A DNA stretch of 63,470 nucleotides, filler included, from Squatina squatina (Eukaryota): the NCBI GenBank assembly GCA_031763465.1. It is 3 parts of 3 records of this genome, joined end to end, with 100 filler letters (N's around TTAATTAATTAA, not from the genome) between each part and the next. Parts side by side here need not be neighbours in the genome. Positions count along the whole stretch, not along the records: positions 25,175 to 44,113 come from JARFOE010000042.1; positions 44,214 to 63,470 come from JARFOE010000149.1; 1 more part is not named here. The stretch is one strand, 5' to 3'. The number at the start of each line of letters is the position of its first letter. Position 1 is the first letter of the stretch. The position numbers and the translations under genes are program-made. This document shows positions 38,171 through 50,904 of the stretch, piece by piece. The notes beneath the pieces are model-generated. The model saw only the letters and a list, made by a program, of their open reading frames with translations. It was not told the origin of the DNA and ran no database searches.

Positions 38171-38560
38171 NNNNNNNNNNCATGTAAAATTCTCATCCTT
38201 ATTTTCGAATCGCTCCATAGCCTCGCCCCTTCCTATCTTCGCAATCGCCTCCAGCCCCACAACCTCTCAAGATATCTGCACTCCTCTAATTCTGGTCTCT
38301 TGAGCATCCCTGATTTTAACCACTCAACCATTGGTGGCCGTGCCTTCAGCTGCCAAGGCCCTAAACCTCTCTGCCTCTTGACCTCCCTCCCCTCCATTAA
38401 GCCGCTCCTTAAAACCTACCTCTTTCACCAAGCTTTCGGTCATCTGTCCTAATTTCTCCTTATGTGGCTCGGAGTCAAAATTTGTTTCATAACACTCCTG
38501 TGAAGCACCTTGGGATGTCTTACTACATTAAAGACGCGATATAAATACAAGTTGTTGTTG
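38171..38560 (+). mobile_element. L2-like LINE 3' end
   Basis: accattggtggccgtgccttcagctgcc...tgtgaagcaccttgggatg...tataaatacaagttgttgttg. The tail resembles that of the Deu SINE, and another copy lies at about 57330-57558. Confidence 0.7.
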
Positions 38561-38597
38561 CTCCTCCAGTTTCTTTTTCTCTCTCTCCCTTCCCCAG

Positions 38598-38675
38598 TTG
38601 CGCTTTCAGGACTTAGAGTTTCCGGGCGATTTTGTTGGCCCTGATGCTGTATTCCTCACAAACAGCTATGAAGCG
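38598..38675 (+). CDS. Putative internal exon of an unidentified gene (LRFQDLEFPGDFVGPDAVFLTNSYEA)
   Basis: Long polypyrimidine acceptor tttctttttctctctctcccttccccag| and donor |gtgagt. 78 nt, and only the phase-0 frame is open. Confidence 0.6.
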
Positions 38676-40829
38676 GTGAGTTCTGATTATGGCGAGGAGG
38701 AGGGGGGATCCAGCAGGGCTCAGACAACATGGTTTAGTTGCATGCTACACTACCCAGCATACTGCACATGTGTGAACTGCGCACACAAGGACCGATTCTC
38801 CTGAATTGCCAGCAGCAACGCTCAGGAGTCCAATCGTTCATTCCGGTAGACTCCCATCAAAAGAGGGAGGGTTAGGAACCTTATTAATATTGGAACTAGA
38901 TCTTCCTGCCATCAAAGTAAACATGAAAATCTGGACCTGCTTTATGATTTTGCAGCTTTTGACCTTTGTCTCATTCATATCTGTGAAACGTAGGTATTCA
39001 TGAAGTCAAAGGTGAGGGAAAGGAAGTTATTTTTTAAATAATGCTTAGATTTTATGTTATTTAGCGAAAAGTATAGCAATTTGGGAAGTAGAGAGGAAGA
39101 GTTGGTTGGAACACAGGAGTTTCTCTGCAGAAGACGGAGAAACCGAGAGAAACAGAACTCTGGTACTACATTGCCATCACTGGCAGGAGGGTGCAATTAC
39201 AGTGCGACAACTTTAATAGACAATTAAAAACGTGGACACAAGAATTTATAATGCAAATGTTGACTGGCAGTATGTGCAGATACAAGACTTTCATTAAACA
39301 GAATAAAAATGGGCCTTTTAAAAACAGCTAATATGTTTCGTTCTTCAGCAACCTGGTCGAAAGCATCATTTAAACAGAAGAAGTGTGTTTTTTTTACTAA
39401 ACATGATGCATGTACATAGACCAAACGTCATAATACACCTCGTCACTAGTGTGCAAATCAGTCAAGTTAACTTGTAAAAAAAATACCCTATATATTGATT
39501 CCACCAGGTTTCCTCTATATAATTCTATCGTGGCCAATGCGGTTTCAGAAATAGATCATCACATGCTACTTTCAAGGTTGGGTGTCTGAACTCAGCAAAG
39601 TGATAACTGAACATGTCGCCTTCAAGGTGATTTAGACAGCGAATTCATCAGAATACAATCCAATTCATCACCTACTTAGACTAAATGACAGATAACACAG
39701 CAAGCACAATACAGTCAACCAGTTGCTGCCCAACCCTGTGCACAGTGCCATTTCACATGATAACGCCAAGTATTTGCATCTTTCTAATATTACCTTTTCT
39801 TTCAATTATTCAATGAGTTTCATGCACGCAGCACAGATACATAAAAGAGACAATGAAACAACCCATTAGCAATTCCTAATGGAAGAATCTACTTTAAAAT
39901 GCATTCTAATAAAACTGATCAAGTAACCCAAATATAATTAAACCACATGGATGTTTCTCACCCAATTTCTTCCAACATAAAATGTTTTTAAAGTGTTTAA
40001 AAGCAAACTATTCTTCAAAGACAACCATTTGTTCATGGCATATCTAATGAACTAATTATAAAATCTGATGCAACAGCCAAGTTTTTATTTTTGGCAAATA
40101 AAGCTGAATATTTGTCCATTTGAAATAAACAGAAATGAATGTGATAGATAGTTAAAAATACAGCGTAACCCACAGTATCTACCAGAACTTTCACAGGCAA
40201 AAGCCCTGCGTGAATCAGTGCCTTATGGAACAGCTTCTTCTGTTACTTGTATTTGATCTGTTTTTCTTAGTGAATGAAAGTACATAATGTTTCCTTGGTT
40301 ATTTGTCTTCATTCCCTGTGGTGTTGCTCTGTTGTATTTGAGAGGCCAATTGTCTCAAATGTTCGCCAATTCCCATTATCCACCCGGACAGGTCCCTCCA
40401 TTCTAGTGGGTTAAGGAAGTTCCAGTGTAATTCTTGGCAACATTTTAAAACTTGTTCATTAGGTGACTTCACATCTCGCAGTGGGACTCGACTGAGCCTT
40501 GAATTGTTCCGTCAGGGATGTAATCCTAGTTGTAGCTGGAAGTTGGAGGAGGGCCTGGAGAAATGTGTTCCAGAGCAGCAACAAGGGCAGGTCATAGATT
40601 TCCTGCAGTCCCGTGCAGAGTCTGGCAACTCTGGTCAGTGACACACAATTCTGTGTTGGGATTTGAGGGTATAAGTTGGTGGGGTTTCAGCTGAGTGAGA
40701 ACGAGAACGACACTGAGAAAGGAAGTGAGAGTGCGAGATAGAGTGCGAGTGGGTGACCGCCGGGACAGGCGACTAAGACAGCAGGCAGATAAGAGCGACA
40801 AGCAGTGAGCAAGAGTTAGGAAGACAGAA

Positions 40830-41003
40830 AATGAGAGTGTGAGGGTGGGTGAGAGAATGAAGGAGAGTGAGAGAGCGAGTGAGGGAGAGTGAGAGAGAGT
40901 GAAGGAGAGTGAGAGAGTGAGGGAGAGTCAGAGAGAGCGCGTCAGGGAGAGTGAGAGAGAGTGAAGGAGAGTGAGGGTCTGTGAGGGAAAGAAGGAGGGA
41001 GTG
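40830..41003. repeat. GA-rich low-complexity repeat
   Basis: gagagtgaaggagagtgagaga-type iterations up to the gap. Confidence 0.85.
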
Positions 41004-41509
41004 NNNNNNNNNNNNNNNNNNNNNNNNNNNNNNNNNNNNNNNNNNNNNNNNNNNNNNNNNNNNNNNNNNNNNNNNNNNNNNNNNNNNNNNNNNNNNNNNN
41101 NNNAAAATCTAGCTGTCCAAGCTGCACCCGTCAAACCATCACAGACGAGAGGACGGGCTGAACCAAAAACAGCACCGAAAGCTCCTGCACAGGGTAAGTA
41201 CAGCTTGAGTTTTAAGTCTAAGTAACTGAGCAAGAAACCCAGGATCTGATTCATGGCCTGTGAAGTGGAGGTGTTAAGTTTGGTCTAAGTTAGGGAAGGG
41301 AAAGGTCTGGTGAGGGATCCTGGTACTAGGTGCTATCCAGTAAAGCTGATGACTGGATTGGTCTCAACTAAGATCCCTCCTGCAGTTGAATAGCCTACAT
41401 ACTAGCAATGGCTCAAATGTGAATAGCCACTTGGGTGAAGAAGTACTGAGCACCATAAAATCCCAGGGATCCATATTAGTGGGTCGAATGGTTGTAGGGC
41501 AGAAGGAAT

Positions 41510-41790
41510 CAGAAATTTGCAGCACAAAAGAAGGCCATTTGGCCCATTGACCAAAAACGAGCTATCCAGCCGAATCCCACTTTCCAGCCCTTGGTCCGTA
41601 GCCCAGGAGGTTTTGGCGTTTTAAGTGCCTATTCAAGTATTTTTTAAATGCGGTGAGGGTTTCTGCCTCTACCACCATTTCAGTCAGTGAGTTCCAGGCT
41701 CCCACCACCCTCTGGGTGAAAACAAATTCTCCTCTAATCTTTCAACCAACTACTTTAAAATCTATGGCCTCTGGTTAGTGAGCTCTCTGC
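41510..41790 (-). mobile_element. CR1 3' fragment
   Basis: cagcacaaaagaaggccatttggcccatt...gagttccaggctcccaccaccctctgggtgaaaa. Confidence 0.7.
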
Positions 41791-42127
41791 TAATCTAATT
41801 CGAGTAGTGAAGTTTTAAAAACATTAAATGACCTATTATGTCTTTATTGCCACCCTCAAGCCCTGTTGCTTCTGAATGAGGTAACTGGACCATAAGCCCA
41901 TTCGGCTCTCCGTGCCTGAACAATGCGTTAGTTATGCGCTTGATCAGCGTTCAAACTACATCAAACAGGAAATTAGAAATGCGTGCAGCAAAAGTACATC
42001 AGTTATAATGGGTGACTTAAATCTACANNNNNNNNNNNNNNNNNNNNNNNNNNNNNNNNNNNNNNNNNNNNNNNNNNNNNNNNNNNNNNNNNNNNNNNNN
42101 NNNNNNNNNNNNNNNNNNNNNNNNNNN

Positions 42128-42305
42128 AGTTCATTGGCTATATTTAAGAGGGAATTGGATGTGGCCCTTTTGGCTAAAGGGAGTCAAGAGTTATGGGGAA
42201 CAGGCAGGAAGAGGCCAGAATCAGATCAGCCATGATCTCATTGAATGGTGGAGCAGACTTGAAGGGCCGAATAGCCTACTCCTGCTCCTATTTCTTGTGT
42301 TCTTA
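42128..42305 (+). mobile_element. CR1 3' tail
   Basis: gatcagccatgatctcattgaatggtggagcagacttgaagggccgaatagcctactcctgctcc. Confidence 0.8.
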
Positions 42306-43684
42306 GGTATGAGGAGGAAGGAAAGCAGTAACAGTGGTAGCACAAGGAGTGTCAGTGAAAATACAAGATAGAGAAACAATACTGACCCACTCTTGAAATG
42401 ACTGCAGGACCAGTGAGTGAGTGTCCAACTGATACAGCTTATAATATTGTGCAAATAACTTTATAAAATCTAACTTTTTATTCCAAATTTTGAGGGGCAT
42501 GACAAAGACTTTTGAACACACCTAAATTGTTTTTAAGTTATTATTGGAGGGTGGGGGGGTGGCGGTAGCAGGAAATAGAGAAGTATGACCATAAAGGCTG
42601 GTATAGTCACTTTATCACAAAGTGCTTGCTGCTTTTTCACAAGTAAATCCAATGTACAGTGCACTGTATAGGCGTAAAGTTAACTGCGCAGAAGTATAAT
42701 TAGAGAATTGGCAACAGAAAGATTTCTACTGTGATTTTAGAAGGAAAAAATGTAAGATTTATGAGCTGCACGAGTTCATAATGAGATAATTTTCTGGAAC
42801 TTGTTCTCCAAGTTGGATGACCAAGTCGATGATTCTGTCGCCTGGAGAAACAGAGGTCTGGCACTGATTGACTGGACAATTCACTGAACCAGATGAGATT
42901 TCACCAAATATGAGATTCTGGGAGCTATGTGGCAGCATCAAATTCAATAAATACTATTTGTTTTAAGTTAGAAAAATGGAGATATGCCTTGGAGTTTTCA
43001 GTGTGGTTGTATGAAATGGTCAGCAGAGAAATCCTGTGGTATGATAAGGTTTCTGAGCAGAAATAGTAACCTTGTAGCACACCGGGCCAAGTGGTTAACA
43101 GGGGAATGAGGATGAAATCTTGTGCATGAAACCCCATGGTGAAACTAGTTTATTTGTTTTTGAAGATGTTGGCAGGACATTAGGAGAGCACCTGGGATCC
43201 TTTTGGAGTCCATGCCCTCTGGCTGTCTTTTGCCTTGTAATGTGTGGACTAGAGGTTGGACCCTTACAAGGCAACCAGGGAAACTCCTGAAAATGCTGGA
43301 GGTTGACACATTGGGTCTCTCCTATTTTCATGAGGATTTTACTAGTCTCTTGCTGGAGTTAAACAGGTGACTGGCAGCGCTCTCCAGGAACATAGGTGCC
43401 TATCACTTTGAAGGACGCAAAGGACTGTTTAAGAAAAAGATAAACTGTTGAGTTGCAAATAAGAACATGTCTGAGCTGTTGACAGNNNNNNNNNNNNNNN
43501 NNNNNNNNNNNNNNNNNNNNNNNNNNNNNNNNNNNNNNNNNNNNNNNNNNNNNNNNNNNNNNNNNNNNNNNNNNNNNNNNNNNNNTCGAAAACTTCAAGA
43601 GTAGATATTCAGAGATTTGTCGAAAAAGCAGAGTTCTTCTAATCAGGACAAATATATATATATTTTTTATATATAGAACCTATT

Positions 43685-44113
43685 AGAGTATTGTGTTCAA
43701 TTCTGGACACCACACTTTCGGATGTCGAATCCTTGGAGAGAGTGCAGAAGTGATTTACTCGAATAATACCAGGTTGAGGGACTTCAGTTCTGTGGAGAGA
43801 CTGGAGAAGCTGAGGTTGTTCTCCTTCGGGCAGGGAAAGTTAGGAAGAGATTTGATAGAGGTGCTTAATATCATGAACAGTTTTGATAGAGTAAATAAGG
43901 AGAAACTGATTCCAGTGGCAGAAGGGTCGATAACGAGAGGACACAAATTTAAAGTGACTGATAAAAGAACCAGAGGCGACATGAGGAAACTTTTTTTAAA
44001 CACAGTGAATTATTATGTTCTGGAATGCACTGCCCAAGAGGCTGGTGGAAGCAGATTCAATCGTAACTTTCAAAATGGAATTGGATAAATACTTGAAGGG
44101 AAAAAAATGACAG
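43685..44113 (+). mobile_element. CR1 RT C-terminal fragment
   Basis: ERLEKLRLFSFGQGKLGRDLIEVLNIMNSFDRVNKEKLIPVAEGSITRGHKFK. Confidence 0.82.
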
Positions 44114-44213
44114 NNNNNNNNNNNNNNNNNNNNNNNNNNNNNNNNNNNNNNNNNNNNTTAATTAATTAANNNNNNNNNNNNNNNNNNNNNNNNNNNNNNN
44201 NNNNNNNNNNNNN
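44114..44213. other. Artificial scaffold linker N44-TTAATTAATTAA-N44
   Basis: Identical in layout to the linker at 25075-25174. Confidence 0.95.
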
Positions 44214-44627
44214 ATTTGTTTAATTTCTCTGCCATTTCGTCATTCCCCATTATAATTTCTCCTGTCTCAGCCTGTAAGGGATCCACATTTACTTTCGCTA
44301 ATCTTTTCCTTTTTGCATCCAGTCAGTTTTTATGTCTCTCGTTAGTTTGCTCTCATATTCTATTTTCTCTTTCGTTATCAATTTCTTGGTCCTCCTTTGC
44401 TGAATTGTAAAATCCCCCAATCCTCAGGCTTACTACTCTTTTTGGCAACATTATAGGCACCTTCCTTTAATCTAATACTATCTTTAATTTCTCTCGTTAG
44501 CCACAGGTGTTTCCCGTGGTGTTTTATTCCTTNNNNNNNNNNCTTAAGGGAATGTATATTCATTGCAAATTATTGCTTTTCTACTGTCATATCTTTTAAT
44601 CTAGTTTCCCAACCTACCTCAGCCAAC
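44214..44627 (-). mobile_element. CR1 ORF2 fragment
   Basis: WLTREIKDSIRLKEGAYNVAKKSSKPEDW, similar to 15360-15630. Confidence 0.8.
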
Positions 44628-44854
44628 AGTGAATAACCTGGTGTTAGAGAGTGAAGGGTGACTGTGAGAACACATGACTGGAGAAGATCGGTAAGGCATG
44701 AAGATAATTGAATACTAATATGAGGATCTTGAAGTCAACTTGCTGGGGCAAGAGAAGTCAGTGGAGTTTGGAGAAGATGGGGTGATGCAGGATGTAGTCT
44801 TTTGTGCAGGTGAAGATATGGACTGAAACCCTCGGTGTGAATTAAGAAAAAAAG

Positions 44855-45311
44855 ATATTCTTGCATTTATGTAGTGTCTTACAACCTCAGGACATCCCAA
44901 AGCACAACAGCCAATGAAGTACTTTTGAAGTGTAATCACTGTTGCAATGTAGGGAAACGTGGCAGACAATTAGCGCATAGCATGCTCCCACAAACAGCAA
45001 TGAGATGATGATCAGATAATCTGTTGTAGTGATGTTGACAGAGGAATAAATGTTAACCAGGACACTGGGGATAACTGCGCTGCTCTTCTTTGAAAAGTGC
45101 CATGGGATCTTTTACGTCAACCTGAGAGGGCAGATGGGGCCTCAGTTTAACACCTCATCCAAAAGACGGCACCTACAACAGTGCAGTACTCCCTCAGTAT
45201 TGCACTGAAATGTTGGTCTGGATTATGTGCTCAAGTCTCTGGAATGGGGCTTGAACCAACAAACCTCTGACTCAGATGTGAGAGTGCTACTACTGAATCA
45301 AGGCTGACATC
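44855..45311 (-). mobile_element. Near full-length tRNA-headed Deu-domain SINE (SacSINE1/AmnSINE-related)
   Basis: Minus strand has a tRNA-like head (A box gattcagtagtag, B box ggttcaagccc), the central Deu-like block (gccatgggatcttttacgtcaacctgagagggcaga on +) and an L2-like tail. Family name is from recall. Confidence 0.8.
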
Positions 45312-45599
45312 TTAAGTAATAATTTNNNNNNNNNNNNNNNNNNNNNNNNNNNNNNNNNNNNNNNNNNNNNNNNNNNNNNNNNNNNNNNNNNNNNNNNNNN
45401 NNNNNNNNNNNNNNNNNNNNNNNNNCACACAACTCATGCACACTAGGCACCAGTGCAGATACACGCACATTAGTGGGAGAAGCAAGACAGATAGTTGTGT
45501 TGTCACCTGGTGTCTCATACATCACATGTGAGCAACAGCAGATGATGGAGACAGGAACAGTGGTGGAGAGTCCTCGTCGGAGGGCACAGGATGCTCCAA

Positions 45600-45995
45600 T
45601 GAAAACAGAAAATTATGGAAATACTCAGCAGGTCAGGCAGCATCTGTGGAAAGAGAAATATAGTTAATGTTTCAGGTTGATGACTGTTCATTAGAACTGG
45701 AAAAGTTGGAGATGTAATAGGTTTTAAGCAAGTGCAGGGGCAGGGAAAGGGAAAGGGGAGGAAAGAACAAAAGGGAAGGTCTGTGATATGGTGGAAGGCA
45801 GGAGAGATTAAATGACTAAAGGGATGATGGTGCAAGGCAAAAGGAGATGGTAATGGGCAAACAAAAGAACTCGCAGAGGTGTAAATGGGAATGGCAGAAT
45901 GAAAAAATGGTGGTTATGCTCTGAAATCGTTGAACGCAGTGTTGAGATCAGAAGGCTGTAAAGTGCCTAAATGAAAGATGAGGTACTGTTCCTCG
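45600..45995 (+). mobile_element. Penelope-like element fragment
   Basis: aaaacagaaaattatggaaatactcagcaggtcaggcagcatctgtggaaagagaaa...gttaatgtttcagg, the terminal repeat typical of shark Penelope-like elements. Confidence 0.6.
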
Positions 45996-46267
45996 AACAG
46001 GAAAAAGACATAGGAACAGGAGGAGGCCATTCAGCCCCTCGAGCCTGTTCCACCATTCAATTAGATCATGGATGATCTGGATCTTAAATCCATATACCGC
46101 TGCAATGTATTTGCTTCATGGGTTCTTTGATTAAGAATTCATAGCTTCACATTGTTGTAAATAACTANNNNNNNNNNNNNNNNNNNNNNNNNNNNNNNNN
46201 NNNNNNNNNNNNNNNNNNNNNNNNNNNNNNNNNNNNNNNNNNNNNNNNNNNNNNNNNNNNNNNNNNN

Positions 46268-46710
46268 CGAGGTCCCAGACTGAGGTAGATAGGATCCCAG
46301 ACTGAGGTGCACAGGGACACACCATCTTTTCCTGCAAGAGAAAGGGAAATGGGTCAGTGAGTGTGGTGCAATTTGTTTGGGTGATGTGCCTGTCATAGTG
46401 GAATATCTACCATTGTGTGCAAGCTGAGAGATGTGGGTGTGAGGCTTGCAGTAGTGGTAAGTTGTGTGCGTGAGATGAAGCTATGAATGTGAACTATGAG
46501 ATCTGTTTGGTAGGTGAGTGAAGCGGGTGTGGTGCATTGAGCAGTCTGTGAGCTTAGTGGTGCAGATGGTTGGATATGGCATTTGAAGAAGAATTCACTG
46601 AGCCTGTGTGGTCATTAAACTTCTTCCTGCACATTGACTATCTCCTCCCACTGCACTCTCGTCTGTTGCCTGAAGGGCCTCCTGGCCCTCAGTGGTAAGA
46701 GGATCTCTCT
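46268..46710 (-). mobile_element. Harbinger Myb-like ORF relic
   Basis: Minus strand tgcaggaagaagtttaatgac (CRKKFND) and the same intron and acceptor as 15731-16368. Confidence 0.6.
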
Positions 46711-46834
46711 CCTGGTATAGGGTTGGTGGGCCGAATTACTTTTCTCACCCCATGTTATTTTATGTATTATAATCTAATCTTCAATTTTCTAGTTTCTATG
46801 TTAGAAATGTAATTCAGTGATTCAGATAGCAAAT

Positions 46835-47240
46835 GTCAACTTGGGTCAGAAGATTGTGGGTTCAAGACCCATTCTGGTACTTAAACACGTAATCTAGGCT
46901 GACACTTTGGAGCTGTATTGAGTGCTCCACTGTCAGAGATGCCATCTTTTGAATGGGATGTTGAACTGCCCTCCCAGGTGCACATAAAAGATCCCACGAC
47001 ACTATTCAAAGAAGAGCAGGGGAGCTTTCCTGGTGTCCTGGCCAATATTTATCCCTCAACCAACATGACTGAAATAGATTAACTGGTCATTTATCTCAAT
47101 GCTGTTGGTGGGAGTTTCCTGTGTGCAAAGTGGTTTCTGTGTTTGCCTACACAACAACAACAGCTACAGTTCAAAAGGAACTCATTGGCTGTAAAGTGCT
47201 TTGGAACCTCCTGAGGTCATGAAAAGCGATGTACAAATTG
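46835..47240 (+). mobile_element. Deu-domain SINE
   Basis: ggttcaagaccc B box, aaaagatccca, ggtgtcctggccaatatttatccctcaacc. Confidence 0.78.
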
Positions 47241-47749
47241 CACATCCGACTTTCTTTCTAATTGCAGCCTGGGATATCATTGCCCTTGTGAATTATAATA
47301 ACTGTAATTTCCAGTGGGGTATTAGTAAAATGCCAGTGGGCGATTGTATGACTGGTCTCTGTTCTGTGAGATAAGTGCTTTAATCCAGAATATTTCTGTG
47401 TGCTGAACTTTGTTAGTCCTCATTAACCCCATGTTTCTTCCCTGAGACACTTTAATGCTGGTTAATGGTGCATATTAGAGTCATGATGAAGGCAGCCCAG
47501 CAGGAAAGCCTCTTTGAAGAAATTATGCGATCAGGTTATCAGATAGTTTGCCGCGAAATTCGGCACCTTAGTTATGGCTGGTTTGGAAGCGGNNNNNNNN
47601 NNNNNNNNNNNNNNNNNNNNNNNNNNNNNNNNNNNNNNNNNNNNNNNNNNNNNNNNNNNNNNNNNNNNNNNNNNNNNNNNNNNNNNNNNNNNTCCATTCA
47701 CCTGTACCTGTGCCTCTGCCTACACATTCGCATAGCTATGTCTATATTT

Positions 47750-48507
47750 AACACCTATTCCTGTACCAACACCTGTATATGTGCCTACACCTATTCCTGT
47801 ACCTACACCTATTCATGTACCTACACCTATTCCTGTCCCTACACCTATTCCTGCACCAACACCTATTCCTGTACCAACACCTATTCCTGTAACCACACCT
47901 ATTCCTGCAACTACACCTATTCCTGTACCTACACCTATTGCTGTACTTACACCTATTCCTCTACCTACATCTATTCCTGTACCAACACCTATTCCTGTGC
48001 CTACATCTATTCCTCTATCTTGACCTATTCCTGTACGTACACCTATTCTTGTACCTACACCTATTCCTGTACCGACACCTATTCCTGTACCTACACCTAT
48101 TCTTGTACCTACAACTATTCCTGTAACTACACCTATTCTTGTACCTACACCTATTCTTGTACCTACAACTATTCCTGTACCTACACCTATTCTTGTACCT
48201 ACACCTATTCTTGTACCTACACCTATTCCTGTGCCTACAGCTATTCCTGTACCTACACCTATTCCTGTACCTACACCTATTCCTGTACCTACACCTATGC
48301 CTGTACCTACACCCATTCCTGTACCTACACCTATTCCTATACCTACACCTATTCCTGTACCTACACCTATTCCTGTACCTACACCTATTCCTGTAACTAC
48401 ACCTATTCCTGTACCTACACCTATTCTTGTACCTACACCTATTCCTGTGCCTACACCTATTCCTGTACTAACACCTATTCATGTACCTACACTTATCCGT
48501 TCCTGTA
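47750..48507. repeat. 18-bp minisatellite (ACCTACACCTATTCCTGT)n in APOA4-like intron 3
   Basis: About 42 homogeneous copies. Confidence 0.95.
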
Positions 48508-48770
48508 ACTGCACAAATTGATTGATTTTTGTTGCTGAAGGAGTTTCAGTTTTGCCGAGAGTCTGTTCCACCAAATCTGTGGGTAACGTCCTTTGGTCCA
48601 ATCTCTAATCTGGTTCCAGTTTGATCCTAACGGAGGCAGAGGAAGCTTTAACTTGAATCTCTCAGACTGCTGGAGTCTTCTCGCCAAAGCTTTTCCCTGA
48701 GCTGCCATTTCATGCTGTGTCCCAGGAGCCTGACCTGTACTGACGGCGAAACCTCACACCCGCGACTCAC

Positions 48771-48897
48771 TTGAGTTGTTGGCCGATTTCCGAGCCCTGG
48801 ATCTGATCTACCCCGTCCATGGCATCGTTGGTCAATTGGCTGATATAATCCCAGAAGGCATCTCGAAGCTGATCTCGATTGACCTCGGCCTGGGAGC
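48771..48897 (-). CDS. APOA4: Apolipoprotein A-IV-like, second coding exon
   Basis: cttcctccctatag| ... |gtgagt, 127 nt, phase 1-2. Encodes (G)SQAEVNRDQLRDAFWDYISQLTNDAMDGVDQIQGSEIGQQL versus human APOA4 [42 protein letters not shown]. Not in the ORF track. Confidence 0.88.
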
Positions 48898-49339
48898 CTA
48901 TAGGGAGGAAGGAAAGGAGAATATCAGAGCAGGGCCACAAGAACATTCAATGAATCTACTGTTCAGTTCACAGACGAGCGGCTAGTGATGGTCGAAGAGA
49001 GACTTCACCAAATCCCATCTGCTGGCTGCCCATCAGTGAGTCAAAGGATAAATCCGGTGCACCTCCCTGGGGATCGCTGCTGGATGGGTCATTGGGTAAA
49101 ATCCCTCGTCTTGGAACCGTTGGGACCGAGATCTAAAGCAAGCCCAGACAAAAGGATGAAGCAGGTCCTTCCCCAGTGAGGCACTGAATGGTAGAACAGG
49201 CAATGTACTGGTCCCTGAACTCAGGAGCAGAGCTTAAAACTGGTCCAGAGAGCATGAGGAACTCGTGTGAGAGGTTCATGAAGAGGCTTTGAAGATCAGT
49301 CATAGCAACAAAAACCAAACAGCTCAAAACAACTATTCA

Positions 49340-50437
49340 AACATAGAAATATAGAAAATAGGTGCAGGAGGAGGCCATTCGGCCCTTCGAGCCTGCTCCG
49401 TCTTTCAATGAGATCATGGCTGATCCTCTATCTCATTGCCATATTCCCGCTTTCTCCCCATGTCCCTCGATGCCTTTAGTGTCTAGAAATCTATCGACCT
49501 CCTTCTTGAATATACTCAGTGACCCGGCCTCCACAGCCTTCTGTGGTAGAGAGTTCCACAGGTTCACCACCCTCTGAGTGAAGAGATTTCTCCTCATCTC
49601 AGCCCGAAATGACAGAACCTGTATCCTGAGACTGTGACCCCTGGTTCTAAACTCCCCAGCCATTGGGAACATCCTCCCTGCATCTCGACTGTCGAGCCCT
49701 GTCAGAATTTTAGACGTTTCAATGAGATCCCCAATTATTCTTCTAATCTCTCGAGAATACAGGCATATTCTTCCTAATCTCTCCTCATACGACAATCCTA
49801 CCATCCCAGGAATCAGTCTGGTGAACCTTCGCTGCCCTCCCTCTGTGGCAATTATATCCATTCTTAGGTAAGGAGACCAAAACTGTACACAATACTCCAG
49901 GTGAGGTCTCACCAAGACCCTGTATAACTGCAGTAAGACATCCTTGCTCCTGTACTCAAATCCTCTTACATTGAAGGCCATTCGCCGTCCCAACTGTTTG
50001 CTGCACCTGTATGTTTGCTTTCAGAGCCTGGTGTACAAGGACACCCAGGTCCCTTTGTCCATCAACATTTCCCAATCTACCACCATTTAAATAATACTCT
50101 GCCTTTCTGTTTTTCCTACCAAAGAGGATAATTTCACATTTATCCACATTAGATTCCATCTGCCATGTTTTTCACTCAACTTCTCTAAATCTCCTTGAAG
50201 CCTCTTTACATCCTCCTCACAACTCACATTCCCACCTAGTTTTGTGACATCAGCAAACTTGGAAATATTACATTTGGTCCCCTCATCTAAATCATTGATA
50301 TATATTGTGAATAGCTGGGGCCCAAGCACTGATCCCTGCGGCACCCCACTATTCACTGCCTGCCACCCCGAACAAAACCGTTTATTCCTACTCTCTGTTT
50401 CCTGTCCACTAGTTACACACTCAAAAAACTCCAGTCG
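49340..50437 (-). mobile_element. CR1 3' portion (RT and tail), internally deleted
   Basis: [51 protein letters not shown], and the family tail. Confidence 0.92.
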
Positions 50438-50903
50438 GTTTGTCAGTAGATTCCTGAGACATTGGGAGTGGATCTGGGGAAGGTGGGACCTGTACAAGCT
50501 GGACGGGTTACACCCAGGCAGGACCGGGACCAATATCCTTGGCAGGGTGCTTTGCGAGTGCTGTCGGGGAGGGTTTAAACTAGAATGGCAGGGGGATGGG
50601 AATCTGAGCAGGGAGACAGGAGTGGGAAACAAGGATAGAAATGAAAGACTGAAAAGGAGACAGCAAAAGTGGAAGGCAGGGAAAACAAGAGCGAGAAACA
50701 AATAGGGCCATAGTACAAAAAAAAAGTTACGATGATTAAAAATGTTAAAGAGACAAGTCTAAAGGCATTGTATCTTAATGCACGAAGGATTTGCAATAAG
50801 GTAGATGAATTAACAGCACAAATAGAGGTAAACAGTTATGATATAGTTCCGATTACGGAAATCTGGCTGCAGGGCGACCAAGGCTGGGAACTGAACATCC
50901 AGT
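50438..50903 (+). mobile_element. CR1 segment covering the end of ORF1 and the start of ORF2
   Basis: [22 protein letters not shown], then endonuclease start LYLNARRICNKVDEL...ITEIWL. Confidence 0.8.
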
Positions 50904-50904
50904 A

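Noticed and set aside
45240-45311. tRNA gene
   Set aside because: The A and B boxes belong to a SINE head, and there is no complete cloverleaf.
47465-48508. 347-aa (TYTYSC)n ORF resembling a beta-solenoid or ice-binding protein
   Set aside because: It spans an N gap, arises from a stop-free 18-bp unit, lies antisense within an intron, and has no supported start or splice sites.
49296-49338. Signal-peptide-like stretch IVVLSCLVFVAMT as the APOA4 first coding exon
   Set aside because: It has no ATG and no GT donor. A much better exon exists at 51699-51805.
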